Source of the DNA: Cyanophyceae cyanobacterium
Lineage (GTDB): Bacteria; Cyanobacteriota; Cyanobacteriia; Cyanobacteriales; Laspinemataceae
Direction of reading: 5' to 3'
NCBI GenBank assembly: GCA_038321985.1
Contig: JBBQFN010000002.1
Location: 288,001 to 352,000, forward strand
Length of the DNA: 64,000 nucleotides
Shown here: positions 52,089 through 62,476 of the stretch, piece after piece
How the letters are laid out: the number at the start of each line of letters is the position of its first letter
Numbering within the stretch: the first letter of the stretch is position 1
Notes under the pieces: generated by a model
What the model was told of the DNA's origin: nothing
Databases searched by the model: none
The model's input: only the letters and a program-made list of their open reading frames with translations
Translations under genes and position numbers: made by a program

Positions 52089-52946
52089 CTAATCAACCGG
52101 CTTTTTGGCAGAAACCCGGGCTAAAAACTCGGCAACGATAGGGTTGAAAGCCTCTGCCTGTCCTAAAAACGGCCAGTGATTGCCGGTCATTCGATGCAGG
52201 GTCAGATTTTTTAAATAAGTTTTGTAAGGCTTAATTTGCCATTCGGCCCGATTAACACCCTGTTCGGGTTGGATGAATAGGGTAGGGGTGAATAGGGGTT
52301 CAGTCAGTCCGGCAACGCGCAGAACATCCTCAAAAATGCCATCTCGGGCGGCGATCGTAAACTTACTCCCCCACTCTCCATTGGGTTTTTCCTCAATCCC
52401 TTCTTGAAAAACGGTACGTTGCAGGGGAGTCCAACTCTCAAACTGACCCAACTGCTGCGCCTGTGCCTGCGCTGCTTCATAACTGGGAAAGGGACCCATC
52501 ATTTTTAGACAATTTAGGGTCCGATAGAGGATGGGAAAACTGAGTTTCATAATCGACGGCATTTTGGCGATAAAGATTGGGTCAACCAAAATCATACTGT
52601 TGAAGCGTTGGGGATTCTGTCGCGCCCAAATCGGGGCGATTTTGGCACTCCAAGAATGGGCTAAAACATGAGCCGATTGCCACCCCAGGTGATTGAATAA
52701 GCCTTCAAGATCGGCGATCGCATCCGAGACGGTGTAACCTTTCAATGGTTTACTGCTATAACCGTGACCCCGCATATCCGGCGCGACAATATGATAGCGA
52801 TCGCTGAGGTACTCCCCTAAACTCGACCAAACCACAGCGTGATCTCCCAATCCATGCAACAACAAAAACGGCTCTTTTCCTCGATTCCACTCTAAATAAG
52901 ACAATTGGAGATCGGGTAAGTTTAAGGTCTGACGAGTTGGCATCAT
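52089..52946 (-). CDS. Alpha/beta hydrolase
   Basis: LLLHGLGD, APDMRGHGYS, AHSWS nucleophile elbow, GNHW. Confidence 0.88.
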   Translation of the reverse strand: MMPTRQTLNLPDLQLSYLEWNRGKEPFLLLHGLGDHAVVWSSLGEYLSDRYHIVAPDMRGHGYSSKPLKGYTVSDAIADLEGLFNHLGWQSAHVLAHSWSAKIAPIWARQNPQRFNSMILVDPIFIAKMPSIMKLSFPILYRTLNCLKMMGPFPSYEAAQAQAQQLGQFESWTPLQRTVFQEGIEEKPNGEWGSKFTIAARDGIFEDVLRVAGLTEPLFTPTLFIQPEQGVNRAEWQIKPYKTYLKNLTLHRMTGNHWPFLGQAEAFNPIVAEFLARVSAKKPVD

Positions 52947-52952
52947 GGGAAG

Positions 52953-52983
52953 TTTAGATTTTAGATTTTAGATTTTAGATTTT
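52953..52983. repeat. Heptamer short tandem repeat (STRR-like), (TTTAGAT)4
   Basis: Four perfect TTTAGAT units plus a partial, immediately upstream of the hydrolase start. Confidence 0.85.
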
Positions 52984-53156
52984 CGGTAGAAATTTAGCAA
53001 TTGAGGATTATACGGATATCGACCTAGGCGATCGCGGCCCGGACCCAAATTTTGGGGCAAACTGGAGAGAAAACGAGGTAGCGCACCTTCATCTGTTCAC
53101 CGCTAAAATCTGTTATAATTTCACATTACATTATATTTTGACATCGGACTAAACTT

Positions 53157-53339
53157 TTGACTCAAAAACAGATTGTATTAAGGGTATTTTGGAGTATTGC
53201 CGGTCTCACCCTAGTCCTGTGGGTGCTTAGAGGTCTGCGGGTTTTAACGGGAATCTCTAGTGGAGTCCTGTGGCTGTTAATTTTTCTGTCCATTACCTTC
53301 GCGGTTCTTTATCGACTCCAAACCCCCAGGCGATATTAA
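53157..53339 (+). CDS. Small two-TM hypothetical protein
   Basis: TTG start; VLWVLRGLRVLTGISSGVLWLLI. Confidence 0.55.
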   Translation: MTQKQIVLRVFWSIAGLTLVLWVLRGLRVLTGISSGVLWLLIFLSITFAVLYRLQTPRRY

Positions 53340-53589
53340 ATCCTGTCTATTCATTCTCACTGTTTCACTATTTTAAAGATGAGTTTCTTAAGTTGGTAGT
53401 CATATCTAAAGTCGGCTTTTTTTAAAAATAAAAACTGAAAGTTAAAAATTTCAAGTTCGTAGTAACGACCTGAATCGTTCTTTCAAAAATAAAATTAAAC
53501 TCATAAAATCTCTAGTTTCTACTAACCGTTTCTACCCTCTTCATCGTAACGTTCCCCCTCTTTTTAAATCCTCCCTGAAATCCGTAGAA

Positions 53590-54651
53590 TTATTGATCAG
53601 GATCCGGCTGTTTTAAGCGATAGTAAGTGGCCCGGTCCCGCCGCATAGCAGCCCCAACCGTCACATTAAGCTGAGCGCCTAAGAGAGTTACCAACGAACT
53701 TAAGTAAAGCCATAAAAGTAAAATAATAATTGTCCCTACGGCACCATAAGTCCGGTTATAGTTTCCGAAATGGGAGACATAAAGTCGAAAAAAACTGGAA
53801 ATTATCGCCCATAAAACAGCGGCAATAAAAGCTCCTGGCACTAGGGGAGTATCCCGGCGACGGTGGGACGGACCAAAGCGATAAATAAAAGCAAAGGCAA
53901 CAGAAACGATCAGTAAGGTCAGAGGACGACTCCAGAAATGCCATACTTCCAATAAGCGCTCTTCCAGAGGACAACTTGCCAAGGGTTGCAACAGACAGAG
54001 AAATCCAGATTCAAATAAACAATTTTGGCCTGACTCGATCAGACAACTGCGACGGGCGATCAATTGAATCACCCAGTCACTGATAAAAATTAGAAACGAG
54101 GCCACAATAAACAGAACTATACTCCCCATCGCCAGACCGATCGCCACCAGTTTTGCTTTCCAAAAGGGCCGCCTTTGTTTGTGGGGAATTTGATGAATCT
54201 GATCTAGGGCCGCCATTGCCGCACCCATTACCCCCGAAAAAACCCACAGCGCCGCTACAAAACCCAGGGAAAAGACCTCTTGATTGCGACTTTGTAAAAT
54301 TTCTCTAATTAACACGCGAATCGTGTTCCAGACTTCAAGGGGAATGACCTCAGCCAGTTGATTAGCCAGGTTGAATAAGGTGGCTTGTAAGACTTCAAAT
54401 AGGCCAATTGCAGCAAGCACCACCAAAATAGCGGGAAACAGAGATAACATGGCATGGTAGGCCATTTCTGCGGATAACCCCGTTAATCGCTGTTGGCTGG
54501 CTCGGTCGGCAACTTCGCGCAGGGTAGAAAATTTCAGATAAGAAAAGAACTGTAAAAAGCGAACGAAGGGTTGGAATGTGGGACCCATACGCGCCACTGA
54601 GCGTCTGAATCGGATGATGAAATTTGTTAGAGATAGTTTGGGCAATTTCAC
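53590..54651 (-). CDS. YihY/BrkB family membrane protein
   Basis: SAEMAYHAMLSLFP, YRFGP, PGAFIA, YNRTYGAVGTIIILLLWLYLS, GAQLN. Confidence 0.9.
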   Translation of the reverse strand: MKLPKLSLTNFIIRFRRSVARMGPTFQPFVRFLQFFSYLKFSTLREVADRASQQRLTGLSAEMAYHAMLSLFPAILVVLAAIGLFEVLQATLFNLANQLAEVIPLEVWNTIRVLIREILQSRNQEVFSLGFVAALWVFSGVMGAAMAALDQIHQIPHKQRRPFWKAKLVAIGLAMGSIVLFIVASFLIFISDWVIQLIARRSCLIESGQNCLFESGFLCLLQPLASCPLEERLLEVWHFWSRPLTLLIVSVAFAFIYRFGPSHRRRDTPLVPGAFIAAVLWAIISSFFRLYVSHFGNYNRTYGAVGTIIILLLWLYLSSLVTLLGAQLNVTVGAAMRRDRATYYRLKQPDPDQ

Positions 54652-54826
54652 GACTCTGTGGCTCCCTCTGTGTTAGATTAGCCGGTAAAATGCAGCCCCT
54701 AACCCACGATTCGAGTTAGTTCCGGGGTCATCGGCTGGCGATCGCCAATCCACGGGGGTTGGAGGGGAAAAAAATACTAAACCTATACCCATCGTAATTT
54801 ACATTCTGAGCTTAACTAGAGTTTAA

Positions 54827-54930
54827 TAGGACTTACGCGGATAAACTGAGGTTCTTTGAAAACTCGTCGGTTTATTACCTAGCTATCTAAGCAGAAACCC
54901 AGGTTCTAGGTTTTTCCTGCGTAAGTCCTG
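54827..54930. mobile_element. 104-bp MITE-like element
   Basis: Terminal inverted repeats TAGGACTTACGC/GCGTAAGTCCTG flanked by the direct repeat TTTAA (54822-54826 and 54931-54935). Confidence 0.75.
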
Positions 54931-54957
54931 TTTAAGATTGATTGGGAGCAGTTGCCA

Positions 54958-55485
54958 ATGTCGGAGAATGTCTCGCAGTGGTTGGAAGAAATTAAATCCC
55001 TGAAACAGGAAATCATCCGCGTGGAAAAAGAACGGGATGCGGCGTTGGCGGGTACCGATCGCTGGCGGGGACTTTACACGACGGAAGCGCAGCAACGGCG
55101 AACTCAGGTTGAGCAGTTGAGTGAGGCGATCGCCTCTATGAAAGCTGAACTAGAAAGATTGCAAGCTGCACCTTCCTCACCTCGTGCAGTTGCCCCATCG
55201 GAACTACTGCAAGAGTTGGCAGGAATGGAAATCGATCAATTAAAGGGGAAACTAATTGAGGCGTTAATGGAACGCGATCGCCTCGCCCAAGAAATCGTGC
55301 GGATCACTGAATCCCTGGAAGCACAAAAAGCGAGTCACGAACAGACGCGCCAAAGTTTAACCAGCGCCTTGGGAGATACGGTGGAACTCCTGAAAAAAGC
55401 CCAACCTGGAACGAAATCTGGACTCAATCTGGATTTGGCGCGTCTGGTCAGTGGCCCCTCATCAAACCCCAAGACCGAAGAATAA
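54958..55485 (+). CDS. Coiled-coil hypothetical protein
   Basis: QWLEEIKSLKQE..WRGLYTTEAQQRR..HEQTRQSLTSALGDTV. Confidence 0.8.
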   Translation: MSENVSQWLEEIKSLKQEIIRVEKERDAALAGTDRWRGLYTTEAQQRRTQVEQLSEAIASMKAELERLQAAPSSPRAVAPSELLQELAGMEIDQLKGKLIEALMERDRLAQEIVRITESLEAQKASHEQTRQSLTSALGDTVELLKKAQPGTKSGLNLDLARLVSGPSSNPKTEE

Positions 55486-55490
55486 AGCAT

Positions 55491-55523
55491 CAAGGGGGTG
55501 CATCAGACCGATGCACCCCCTTG
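55491..55523. terminator. Bidirectional terminator hairpin
   Basis: 14-bp perfect stem CAAGGGGGTGCATC/GATGCACCCCCTTG between convergent genes. Confidence 0.7.
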
Positions 55524-55581
55524 CCACTGGTTTTGGATCCGCTTTGAGTGAGGGTTCTCCCCTGACTCCGGCCATTGGGAC

Positions 55582-56709
55582 CTAAAATCCCATAACTTTT
55601 GCCACGGCTTCCATTTCAGGTTCAATTCCTTGTTTAAAGGGATTGTTGCTATGTTTAATCGCGGTATCGGGGTCTTTGAGTCCATTCCCGGTGAGGACGC
55701 AGACCACGGTAGCACCTGTAGGTACTTGGTCTTTGACCTTTAGCAATCCGGCAACGGAGGCGGCAGAGGCGGGTTCACAGAATACCCCTTCCTGGGATGC
55801 AAGGAGACGATAGGCGTCGAGAATTTCGTCGTCGGTGACGGCATTAAAACTGCCTCCGGAGGACTCTTGGGCTGCGATCGCCTTATCCCAACTAGCTGGG
55901 TTTCCGATGCGGATAGCTGTAGCCAGGGTTTCAGGATTCGCGACGGGTTGACCGTTGACGAGAGGGGCTGCACCTGCGGCTTGAAATCCCATCATTTGAG
56001 GCAGGCGATCGCATTTCCCCGCTTGATGATACTGACAAAATCCCATCCAGTATGCGGAAATATTGCCGGCATTGCCCACGGGGATGCATAGCCAATCGGG
56101 AGCGTTACCCAAGGCATCCACGACCTCAAATGCCCCGGTTTTCTGCCCTTCGAGGCGATAGGGATTGACTGAGTTGACCAAGGTAACGGGATAATGTTCT
56201 GCCATATCCCGGACGATTTCTAGGGCTTTGTCGAAATTCCCTTTAATAGCTAAGACTTCTGCGCCATAAAGCAACGCTTGGGCGAGTTTACCTAGGGCGA
56301 CATAGCCATCCGGAATCAGCACGAATGCCCGCATTCCAGCGCGTCTGGCATAAGCAGCAGCGGAGGCGGAGGTATTGCCGGTACTAGCACAGATGACGGC
56401 TTTGGCCCCTTCCTCTTTGGCTTTAGAAATTGCCATTGTCATCCCCCGGTCTTTAAAGCTGCCGGTGGGGTTGAGACCATCATATTTGACGTAAACTTGC
56501 ACCTGTCTGCCGACGAGTTCAGCGATCGCCGGGACAGGAATCAGGGGGGTGTTACCTTCTTGGAGGGTAATCACAGGAGTCTGGTCGCTGACGGGCAGAT
56601 ACTGGCGGTAAGCCTCGATCAGACCGGGCCAGTATAAGGACCGGAGTGAAGCACCTGCGGCAGTTGCACCGGGAGATTGGGAGGGAACGGGAGAATAACT
56701 CAGGGTCAC
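55582..56709 (-). CDS. thrC: Threonine synthase
   Basis: [12 protein letters not shown] lysine motif [37 protein letters not shown]. Confidence 0.95.
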   Translation of the reverse strand: MTLSYSPVPSQSPGATAAGASLRSLYWPGLIEAYRQYLPVSDQTPVITLQEGNTPLIPVPAIAELVGRQVQVYVKYDGLNPTGSFKDRGMTMAISKAKEEGAKAVICASTGNTSASAAAYARRAGMRAFVLIPDGYVALGKLAQALLYGAEVLAIKGNFDKALEIVRDMAEHYPVTLVNSVNPYRLEGQKTGAFEVVDALGNAPDWLCIPVGNAGNISAYWMGFCQYHQAGKCDRLPQMMGFQAAGAAPLVNGQPVANPETLATAIRIGNPASWDKAIAAQESSGGSFNAVTDDEILDAYRLLASQEGVFCEPASAASVAGLLKVKDQVPTGATVVCVLTGNGLKDPDTAIKHSNNPFKQGIEPEMEAVAKVMGF

Positions 56710-56979
56710 CGTGGTTAATTCTGTTGGACTTCAAATAGCCTTACAGTCTAATCTAACTGTACCCCACTCGTCAAAATTCTGCCGGGGACTGCGGCTGTGG
56801 GTATGACTGGAAAAGGCAGATTTTCCCCAGGTTTCACCTTTGCCTGACAGGGTAAACAGTCCTGGGGAGGGGGGAAGAATTTGGAATTTTGATAAATTTG
56901 ATGCTTTTTTTTTCTGGGGTTAGGATAGAATAACCAGGTGCTTCGACTAAGTAAAAATTACTAAACTTAACAACGACTG

Positions 56980-57237
56980 ATGCCCACTGTTATTTCGAGC
57001 CGATCCAACTCCGAAACCGTTCAGAGTGCCTCTAGCGTAGCGATCGCTTCTAATGCTTCCCAGAATAACGGCGATCGCCTAATCCAAATGCTCAAGTCCC
57101 TCTACCAGGCCGATCAGCAGGTCAAGTTCTTGCACTTGCACGCCGAAGCCGACTACCTCTTGCAACAATTACAAACCGTCAAACAGCAACACTCCAACCC
57201 CGATTCTGCCGTTCCTGCTTCTGTCTCGAAATCTTAA
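56980..57237 (+). CDS. Small cyanobacterial hypothetical protein
   Basis: LKSLYQADQQVKFLHLHAEADYLLQQLQT pattern. Confidence 0.7.
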   Translation: MPTVISSRSNSETVQSASSVAIASNASQNNGDRLIQMLKSLYQADQQVKFLHLHAEADYLLQQLQTVKQQHSNPDSAVPASVSKS

Positions 57238-57644
57238 GCGGCACTCTGACCGGGACAGTCGGACCCCTACTATTTCCTATCCGCACTGTCCCGATGGCAG
57301 TCTACCCCCGGTAAAGTGTTTTGCTCGTATTGCCCAGAGCTGCATCATTTAAGTATTTTGTCAATAGCCGAGGGGAAAATGTGAGGGAAAAATCCCTACT
57401 TTAAAAATTCCTGCTGTCCCATCGCAAGATGTGCTATAAAAGGTAAAGTTTTATGACGTGCCAGGTTTCTTAACCCCAGGGATGCGGAGTTTTTGTGCCG
57501 CATTTTACCCGGAACAGGCATCCATCAATCATCAGATTGCACGCAAGACGGCCCTGCTACTCACCCTTTGAGTCAGCAGAAATTTATCCTGCGGCGATCG
57601 GGGGATTCCCACGACTAGCAACCGGAACAGTTAGATTTATATAG

Positions 57645-58703
57645 ATGACAGCATCAACATTAAAGCCTCAATTAACCCCTCAAACATTGGAATCAGAGTC
57701 CTTCCCATCTTCTCTACGTCTGAGAGATATTTTGAGGACATTGCCGAAAGATGTATTTCTCAAAAATCAGCGGAAAGCATGGACTAGAGTCATCATCAAT
57801 GTATTATTGGTGGCAGTCGGCTACTGGGCATTAGCCGTTTCTCCTGCATTTTTATTGCCCATACTCTGGATCTATACCGGAACAGCCCTCACGGGTTTTT
57901 TTGTAATCGCCCATGATTGTGGTCACCGATCTTTTGCCAATCGCAAATGGGTCAATGATCTGGTCGGTCACATCATGATGTTGCCTTTAATTTATCCCTT
58001 TCACGGCTGGCGGATTGGTCACAATCACCACCACAAACACACGAATAAACTGCTGGAAGATAATGCTTGGGAACCTTGGTTACCCGACGTTTACGAAAAT
58101 CTCAGCACTTTTATGAAGACCTTTTATCGGTTCCTGCGGGGACGTTTCTGGTGGATGGGTTCCATCGTTCACTGGGCTGGTTTACACTTTAATTGGTGGC
58201 GTTATGAAGGCAAGAAACGCGAACAGATGAAATTGTCTGCATTAGTCGTTGTGGCTTTTGCTGCGATCGCCTTCCCCACCCTAATTGCTACTACCGGAAT
58301 TTGGGGATTTGTCAAATTTTGGTTAATGCCTTGGATGGTCTACCATTTCTGGATGAGCACCTTCACCATCGTTCACCATACCACCCCGAATATTTCTTTT
58401 GCTTTCCCCGAAGATTGGCATGAAGCAAAAGCACAATTAAGCGGTACGGTTCATTGTGATTACCCCCGCTGGGTGGAATTCCTCTGTCACGACATTAACG
58501 TTCATATTCCCCATCACCTATCTACGGCAATTCCGTCTTACAACTTACGGAAAGCCCATGCTAGTCTGGAACAAAACTGGGGCCAACATCTTCAAAAAAG
58601 CCGTTTCTCATGGTCCTTAATGAAGGAAATTACGGACAAGTGTCATTTGTACGATGACCAAAACGGTTACCAATCTTTCAAAGATTATCATGCCGGTCGG
58701 TAA
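57645..58703 (+). CDS. desA: Delta-12 acyl-lipid desaturase
   Basis: His boxes HDCGH, HNHHH, HIPHH; LTGFFVIAHDCGHRSF, WMSTFTIVHHT. Confidence 0.9.
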   Translation: MTASTLKPQLTPQTLESESFPSSLRLRDILRTLPKDVFLKNQRKAWTRVIINVLLVAVGYWALAVSPAFLLPILWIYTGTALTGFFVIAHDCGHRSFANRKWVNDLVGHIMMLPLIYPFHGWRIGHNHHHKHTNKLLEDNAWEPWLPDVYENLSTFMKTFYRFLRGRFWWMGSIVHWAGLHFNWWRYEGKKREQMKLSALVVVAFAAIAFPTLIATTGIWGFVKFWLMPWMVYHFWMSTFTIVHHTTPNISFAFPEDWHEAKAQLSGTVHCDYPRWVEFLCHDINVHIPHHLSTAIPSYNLRKAHASLEQNWGQHLQKSRFSWSLMKEITDKCHLYDDQNGYQSFKDYHAGR

Positions 58704-58906
58704 TCGAGAGAATCCTCTCCTCTCCCTGTGAATTACAGCTTAAAGACGCGCCAACTGCGCGTCTTTGTTGTTTTTAAAGATAATAACGTCAGTCGTCTTT
58801 GGATGTTCGGGGTCACGACTTGCTTTAGTCTCCGGCTGTTCATCATCCGTATGTCTAAGATAAATAAAGCTGTATTAACATAAAAAATCTTATCTAAAGG
58901 GGTGCC

Positions 58907-59437
58907 ATGACCCAGCCAACTTTCGGAACTAACCCAGAGAACAGAATCCGCCGTAATTCTCTCCCCGGACCCATTCCATTAAGCTATTACGGGGTTTATC
59001 GCTGTCCAGTTTGTCGCTATGGCGAACTCTCTAACATCGCGATGATGGATGCCTTTGGCTGTAACTTTTGCAGTCGCATTTTTACCGCCAACCTAGACCA
59101 AAATGCCCTCAGTTTAGCCGATAGTCTCCCACCCATCACCTGGCATTGGAACGGACGCCAATGGCAAGGACTGCCTCGCGTTGGGGTAGAATTCGGATGG
59201 GAAATTGGCATCGCTGCGATCGCCATCATTACTCTACCCACCCTGTTAGTCGGACTGGGTGCCTATATTTTCCCCCCAGTCCCCGGCAGTAGCTTAAGCT
59301 GGGTTCCGGCCTTTTGGACCATTGCCACCTTTTGCGGTCATCTCACCATAGTTCTATGGCTGATGGTTGAATATTATCAGTTTCCCGTGTTGCTATTCTT
59401 AAAAGCATGGCAACGCCGTTTATGGATGCGATCGTAA
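58907..59437 (+). CDS. Hypothetical membrane protein with an N-terminal zinc-ribbon-like motif
   Basis: CPVCR..DAFGCNFC plus two C-terminal TM helices. Confidence 0.8.
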   Translation: MTQPTFGTNPENRIRRNSLPGPIPLSYYGVYRCPVCRYGELSNIAMMDAFGCNFCSRIFTANLDQNALSLADSLPPITWHWNGRQWQGLPRVGVEFGWEIGIAAIAIITLPTLLVGLGAYIFPPVPGSSLSWVPAFWTIATFCGHLTIVLWLMVEYYQFPVLLFLKAWQRRLWMRS

Positions 59438-59455
59438 CTAAACCTTCCCCGGTTT

Positions 59456-59555
59456 GTAGTAACGACTTACTGTCGTTATTTCGGAGATTGTAGAGACGTA
59501 AAATTTTACGTCTCTACAGTCTTTTCCAGTTCGTACTAACGACTTGCTGTGATTA
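59456..59555. repeat. Cluster of GTAG-type REP elements
   Basis: GTAGTAACGAC-TTACT-GTCGTTATT, perfect 30-bp palindrome TGTAGAGACGTAAAATTTTACGTCTCTACA (59489-59518), second GTACTAACGAC copy at 59533. Confidence 0.75.
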
Positions 59556-59608
59556 AAATGAGGCAATTTCTAAATTACCCCACAATCAGCCAACTTCCCA
59601 GTCAATCC

Positions 59609-60973
59609 TTACAAATTACTTTGAATCAATTCTCGGTATTGACTTTTTTGCTTGACCCCAATTACTTGGGTGACTAATGCTTTCTCCTTGAAAAACTGCA
59701 CCGTAGGCGTTCCAGTTACTCCGGCATTTGCTGCAATATCTTGGTCCTCTTCGATGTCGATTTCAATGTAGTGAACCTTGCCATCAAACTCATCGACTAC
59801 TTTACTGAGAATGGGTTTGAGAGTATGGCAAGGACCGCAGGAGGGGGCGGAATATTTAACCACAATCAGGCGATCGCTTTGATGGTACAATTTTCGCAAG
59901 GCAAGCCCGCCAACATGGCGCGTCACCGCTAGGTCAAATGTCTCTTCCGTATCCGCTTTTTGTTCTTTTTCCGGTTCCGGTGCTTTTTCCGATGCTTCGG
60001 TTTGATGGAACTCCTGAACTAACCCATTCACGGATAACCACCGTTCCGCTAACATCGCCCCCATACATCCAGTTCCTGCCGCTGTAATCGCTTGCCGAAA
60101 CTCGTGGTCCTGCACATCTCCAGTCGCATAAACCCCTTCAATACTGGTTTCAACACTGCCCGGTTTCGTGACAATATATCCCACATCATCCAGTTCCAGT
60201 TGACCTTTAAACAGTTGCGTATTCGGAGTGTGACCGATCGCATAAAACAACCCCCGGACCTGCAAATCGGTTTCTTCCCCAGTTTTGATGTTCCTAATTT
60301 TAACCCCTTCCATGTGTTCCTCATTTCCGAGGATATCTACAGTCTCTGTATTCCAGTAAACTGTAATTTTCGGGTTATTTAATACCCGGTCTTGCATCGC
60401 TTTCGAGGCCCGCATCTCTTCCCGACGGACCAGCAGGTGCACATGGGTACCATATTTGGTTAAATATACCGCTTCTTCCGCAGCAGTATCTCCCCCACCA
60501 ACCACCGCTAATGCAACCCCTCTAAAAATGGGACTGGCCCCATCGCAAATTGCACAAGCAGAAACCCCACGACTCCAGAATTGATGTTCGCTGGAGAGCC
60601 CCAACCGTTTGGCCGTGGCCCCTGTGGCAATAATTACCGTATGGGCCTTGACTTCTCGTTCGTCCGAACGGATCACAAAGGGACGCTGACTCAGATCCAC
60701 CGATCGCACGTCTTCCGTGTACAATTCGGCCCCCCAGCGTTGCGCCTGGAGTTTCATGCGTTCCATTAATTTCGGACCTGTAATCCCTTCAGGAAACCCC
60801 GGGAAATTCTCGACTTCCGTCGTGGTCATTAATTGACCTCCGGGAATGCCCCCCATTTGAAACCCTTCAAAAACTACAGGTTTCAGATTCGCCCGTCCCG
60901 CATAAATGGCGGCAGTGAATCCGGCAGGGCCAGATCCAATAATCACGACGTTTTCTACTACTGGATTTGTCAT
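59609..60973 (-). CDS. ntrC: NADPH-thioredoxin reductase C (NTR fused to thioredoxin)
   Basis: [27 protein letters not shown] plus C-terminal Trx SCGPC; ATG at 60973. Confidence 0.93.
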   Translation of the reverse strand: MTNPVVENVVIIGSGPAGFTAAIYAGRANLKPVVFEGFQMGGIPGGQLMTTTEVENFPGFPEGITGPKLMERMKLQAQRWGAELYTEDVRSVDLSQRPFVIRSDEREVKAHTVIIATGATAKRLGLSSEHQFWSRGVSACAICDGASPIFRGVALAVVGGGDTAAEEAVYLTKYGTHVHLLVRREEMRASKAMQDRVLNNPKITVYWNTETVDILGNEEHMEGVKIRNIKTGEETDLQVRGLFYAIGHTPNTQLFKGQLELDDVGYIVTKPGSVETSIEGVYATGDVQDHEFRQAITAAGTGCMGAMLAERWLSVNGLVQEFHQTEASEKAPEPEKEQKADTEETFDLAVTRHVGGLALRKLYHQSDRLIVVKYSAPSCGPCHTLKPILSKVVDEFDGKVHYIEIDIEEDQDIAANAGVTGTPTVQFFKEKALVTQVIGVKQKSQYRELIQSNL

Positions 60974-61011
60974 GGCTTTAATCAAACTCATACCGACTTC
61001 ACTTTAAATTG

Positions 61012-61038
61012 ATTATATCAATCTGATAATTATTATCA
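61012..61038 (-). promoter_or_regulatory. Extended -10 promoter of ntrC overlapped by a Fur/Zur-family 7-1-7 box
   Basis: Minus strand TG-A-TATAAT (61020-61012); perfect TGATAAT-T-ATTATCA at 61024-61038. Confidence 0.7.
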
Positions 61039-61178
61039 GTGATCTAAATCACTTTAGAGTCGTTGATCCTTTGGGAAGTTATTTAGACAAATTGACAATT
61101 GACAATTGTCAATTATTTTTACATCAGGACCACTAGATCTTAAAATAGCAAAACAAACCCTTAGCAGCAGGTGAGAGA

Positions 61179-61838
61179 ATGGAACGAGTGCTAGAACCGG
61201 AAGTGATGGATACTTGGGAAGATGCAACGGCGTATGACACAATGGATTTTCTGGAAGTGAATACAGCCTTTGCTGAAAGTGCGATCGCAGTTGGGCCCGA
61301 GTCTGCCTTGGTCCTAGATGCGGGAACGGGGACGGCACGAATTCCGATATTAATCGTGCAGCGTCGTCCCCAGTGGCAAATCAAGGCGATCGACCTTTCG
61401 CACAATATGTTACAAGTGGGAATACAGAATGTGCAAGCTGCTGGGGTACAAGACCAAATCCAGTTAGAGTATATAGATGCTAAACAGATGCCTTATGGAG
61501 ACGGCACATTTGATATAGTCATTTCCAATAGCATCATCCATCATCTCCCGGACCCGATACCCTTTTTCCGAGAGTTGAAACGAGTTTTAAAACCCAATGG
61601 CGGGATATTTCTACGAGATTTAATGCGGCCAACGGATATGGAAACCGTGGATGAAATAGTAGCCCGAATCGGCCCGGAATATAACGATTACCAGACCCAG
61701 TTATTTCGGGATTCTTTGATAGCTGCATTTACAATAGAAGAGGTGCAGGAACTGGTAGAAATGGCGGGATTAGAAGGGATTAAAATTTATGCGTCTTCGG
61801 ACCGTCATTGGACTGCGGAAAGGGCTTACAGAGAATAA
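61179..61838 (+). CDS. Class I SAM-dependent methyltransferase
   Basis: ERVLEPEVMD, VLDAGTGTARIP, FDIVISNSIIHH, RVLKPNG. Confidence 0.9.
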   Translation: MERVLEPEVMDTWEDATAYDTMDFLEVNTAFAESAIAVGPESALVLDAGTGTARIPILIVQRRPQWQIKAIDLSHNMLQVGIQNVQAAGVQDQIQLEYIDAKQMPYGDGTFDIVISNSIIHHLPDPIPFFRELKRVLKPNGGIFLRDLMRPTDMETVDEIVARIGPEYNDYQTQLFRDSLIAAFTIEEVQELVEMAGLEGIKIYASSDRHWTAERAYRE

Positions 61839-61915
61839 GGGTTTGATTGGATCGGTTAAACTGAACCCACAGAGGGGGTTTAACCCTCTGTTAATCGGGT
61901 GATTGGGGATTTTGG

Positions 61916-62434
61916 TTATGTTTCCTGGGTGGCGATCGCTGTTAAATGGCACTGATATGATTCTTTGCTAAAGCAGACAAATCGAACTTGAGAAATCCCG
62001 GCCGTTTGAGTTAAAAATTGCTGCACCGTCTTGACAGCTATTGTAGCAGCCCGTTCCATTGGAAAACCATAAACTCCGGTGCTAATTGCTGGAAAAGCCA
62101 TCGTTTTTAGTTGATGTTTTTCGGCTAATTTTAAACTCTGGTGATAACAGCTTGCCAGCAATTCATCTTCATGATGGTTGCCCCCTTGCCAGACAGGGCC
62201 AACCGTATGAATCACATATTTTGCCGGGAGATTGTAGCCAAGCGTTATCTTAGCTTCGCCGGTTTTACAGCCGTTCAGGGTGCGACATTCGTCCAATAAA
62301 CCCGAACCCGCTGCACGGTGGATGGCACCATCAACACCACCTCCTCCTAATAAACGGGTATTGGCAGCATTGACGATCGCATCGACCTGTTCTTTGGTAA
62401 TATCGCCTTGAATCACTGTGATTTTATCAGTCAT
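61916..62434 (-). CDS. Macrodomain O-acetyl-ADP-ribose deacetylase (YmdB/MacroD type)
   Basis: [41 protein letters not shown] at 62434. Confidence 0.93.
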   Translation of the reverse strand: MTDKITVIQGDITKEQVDAIVNAANTRLLGGGGVDGAIHRAAGSGLLDECRTLNGCKTGEAKITLGYNLPAKYVIHTVGPVWQGGNHHEDELLASCYHQSLKLAEKHQLKTMAFPAISTGVYGFPMERAATIAVKTVQQFLTQTAGISQVRFVCFSKESYQCHLTAIATQET

Positions 62435-62476
62435 AGTAGTAAAGTTTTTGTCCAATAGAGAAACTACTTTTATTGT

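Noticed and set aside
53055..53090. GGCAAAC...GAAA resembling a c-di-GMP-I riboswitch start
   Set aside because: Lacks the paired stem and the downstream GACGCAAAGC-type element
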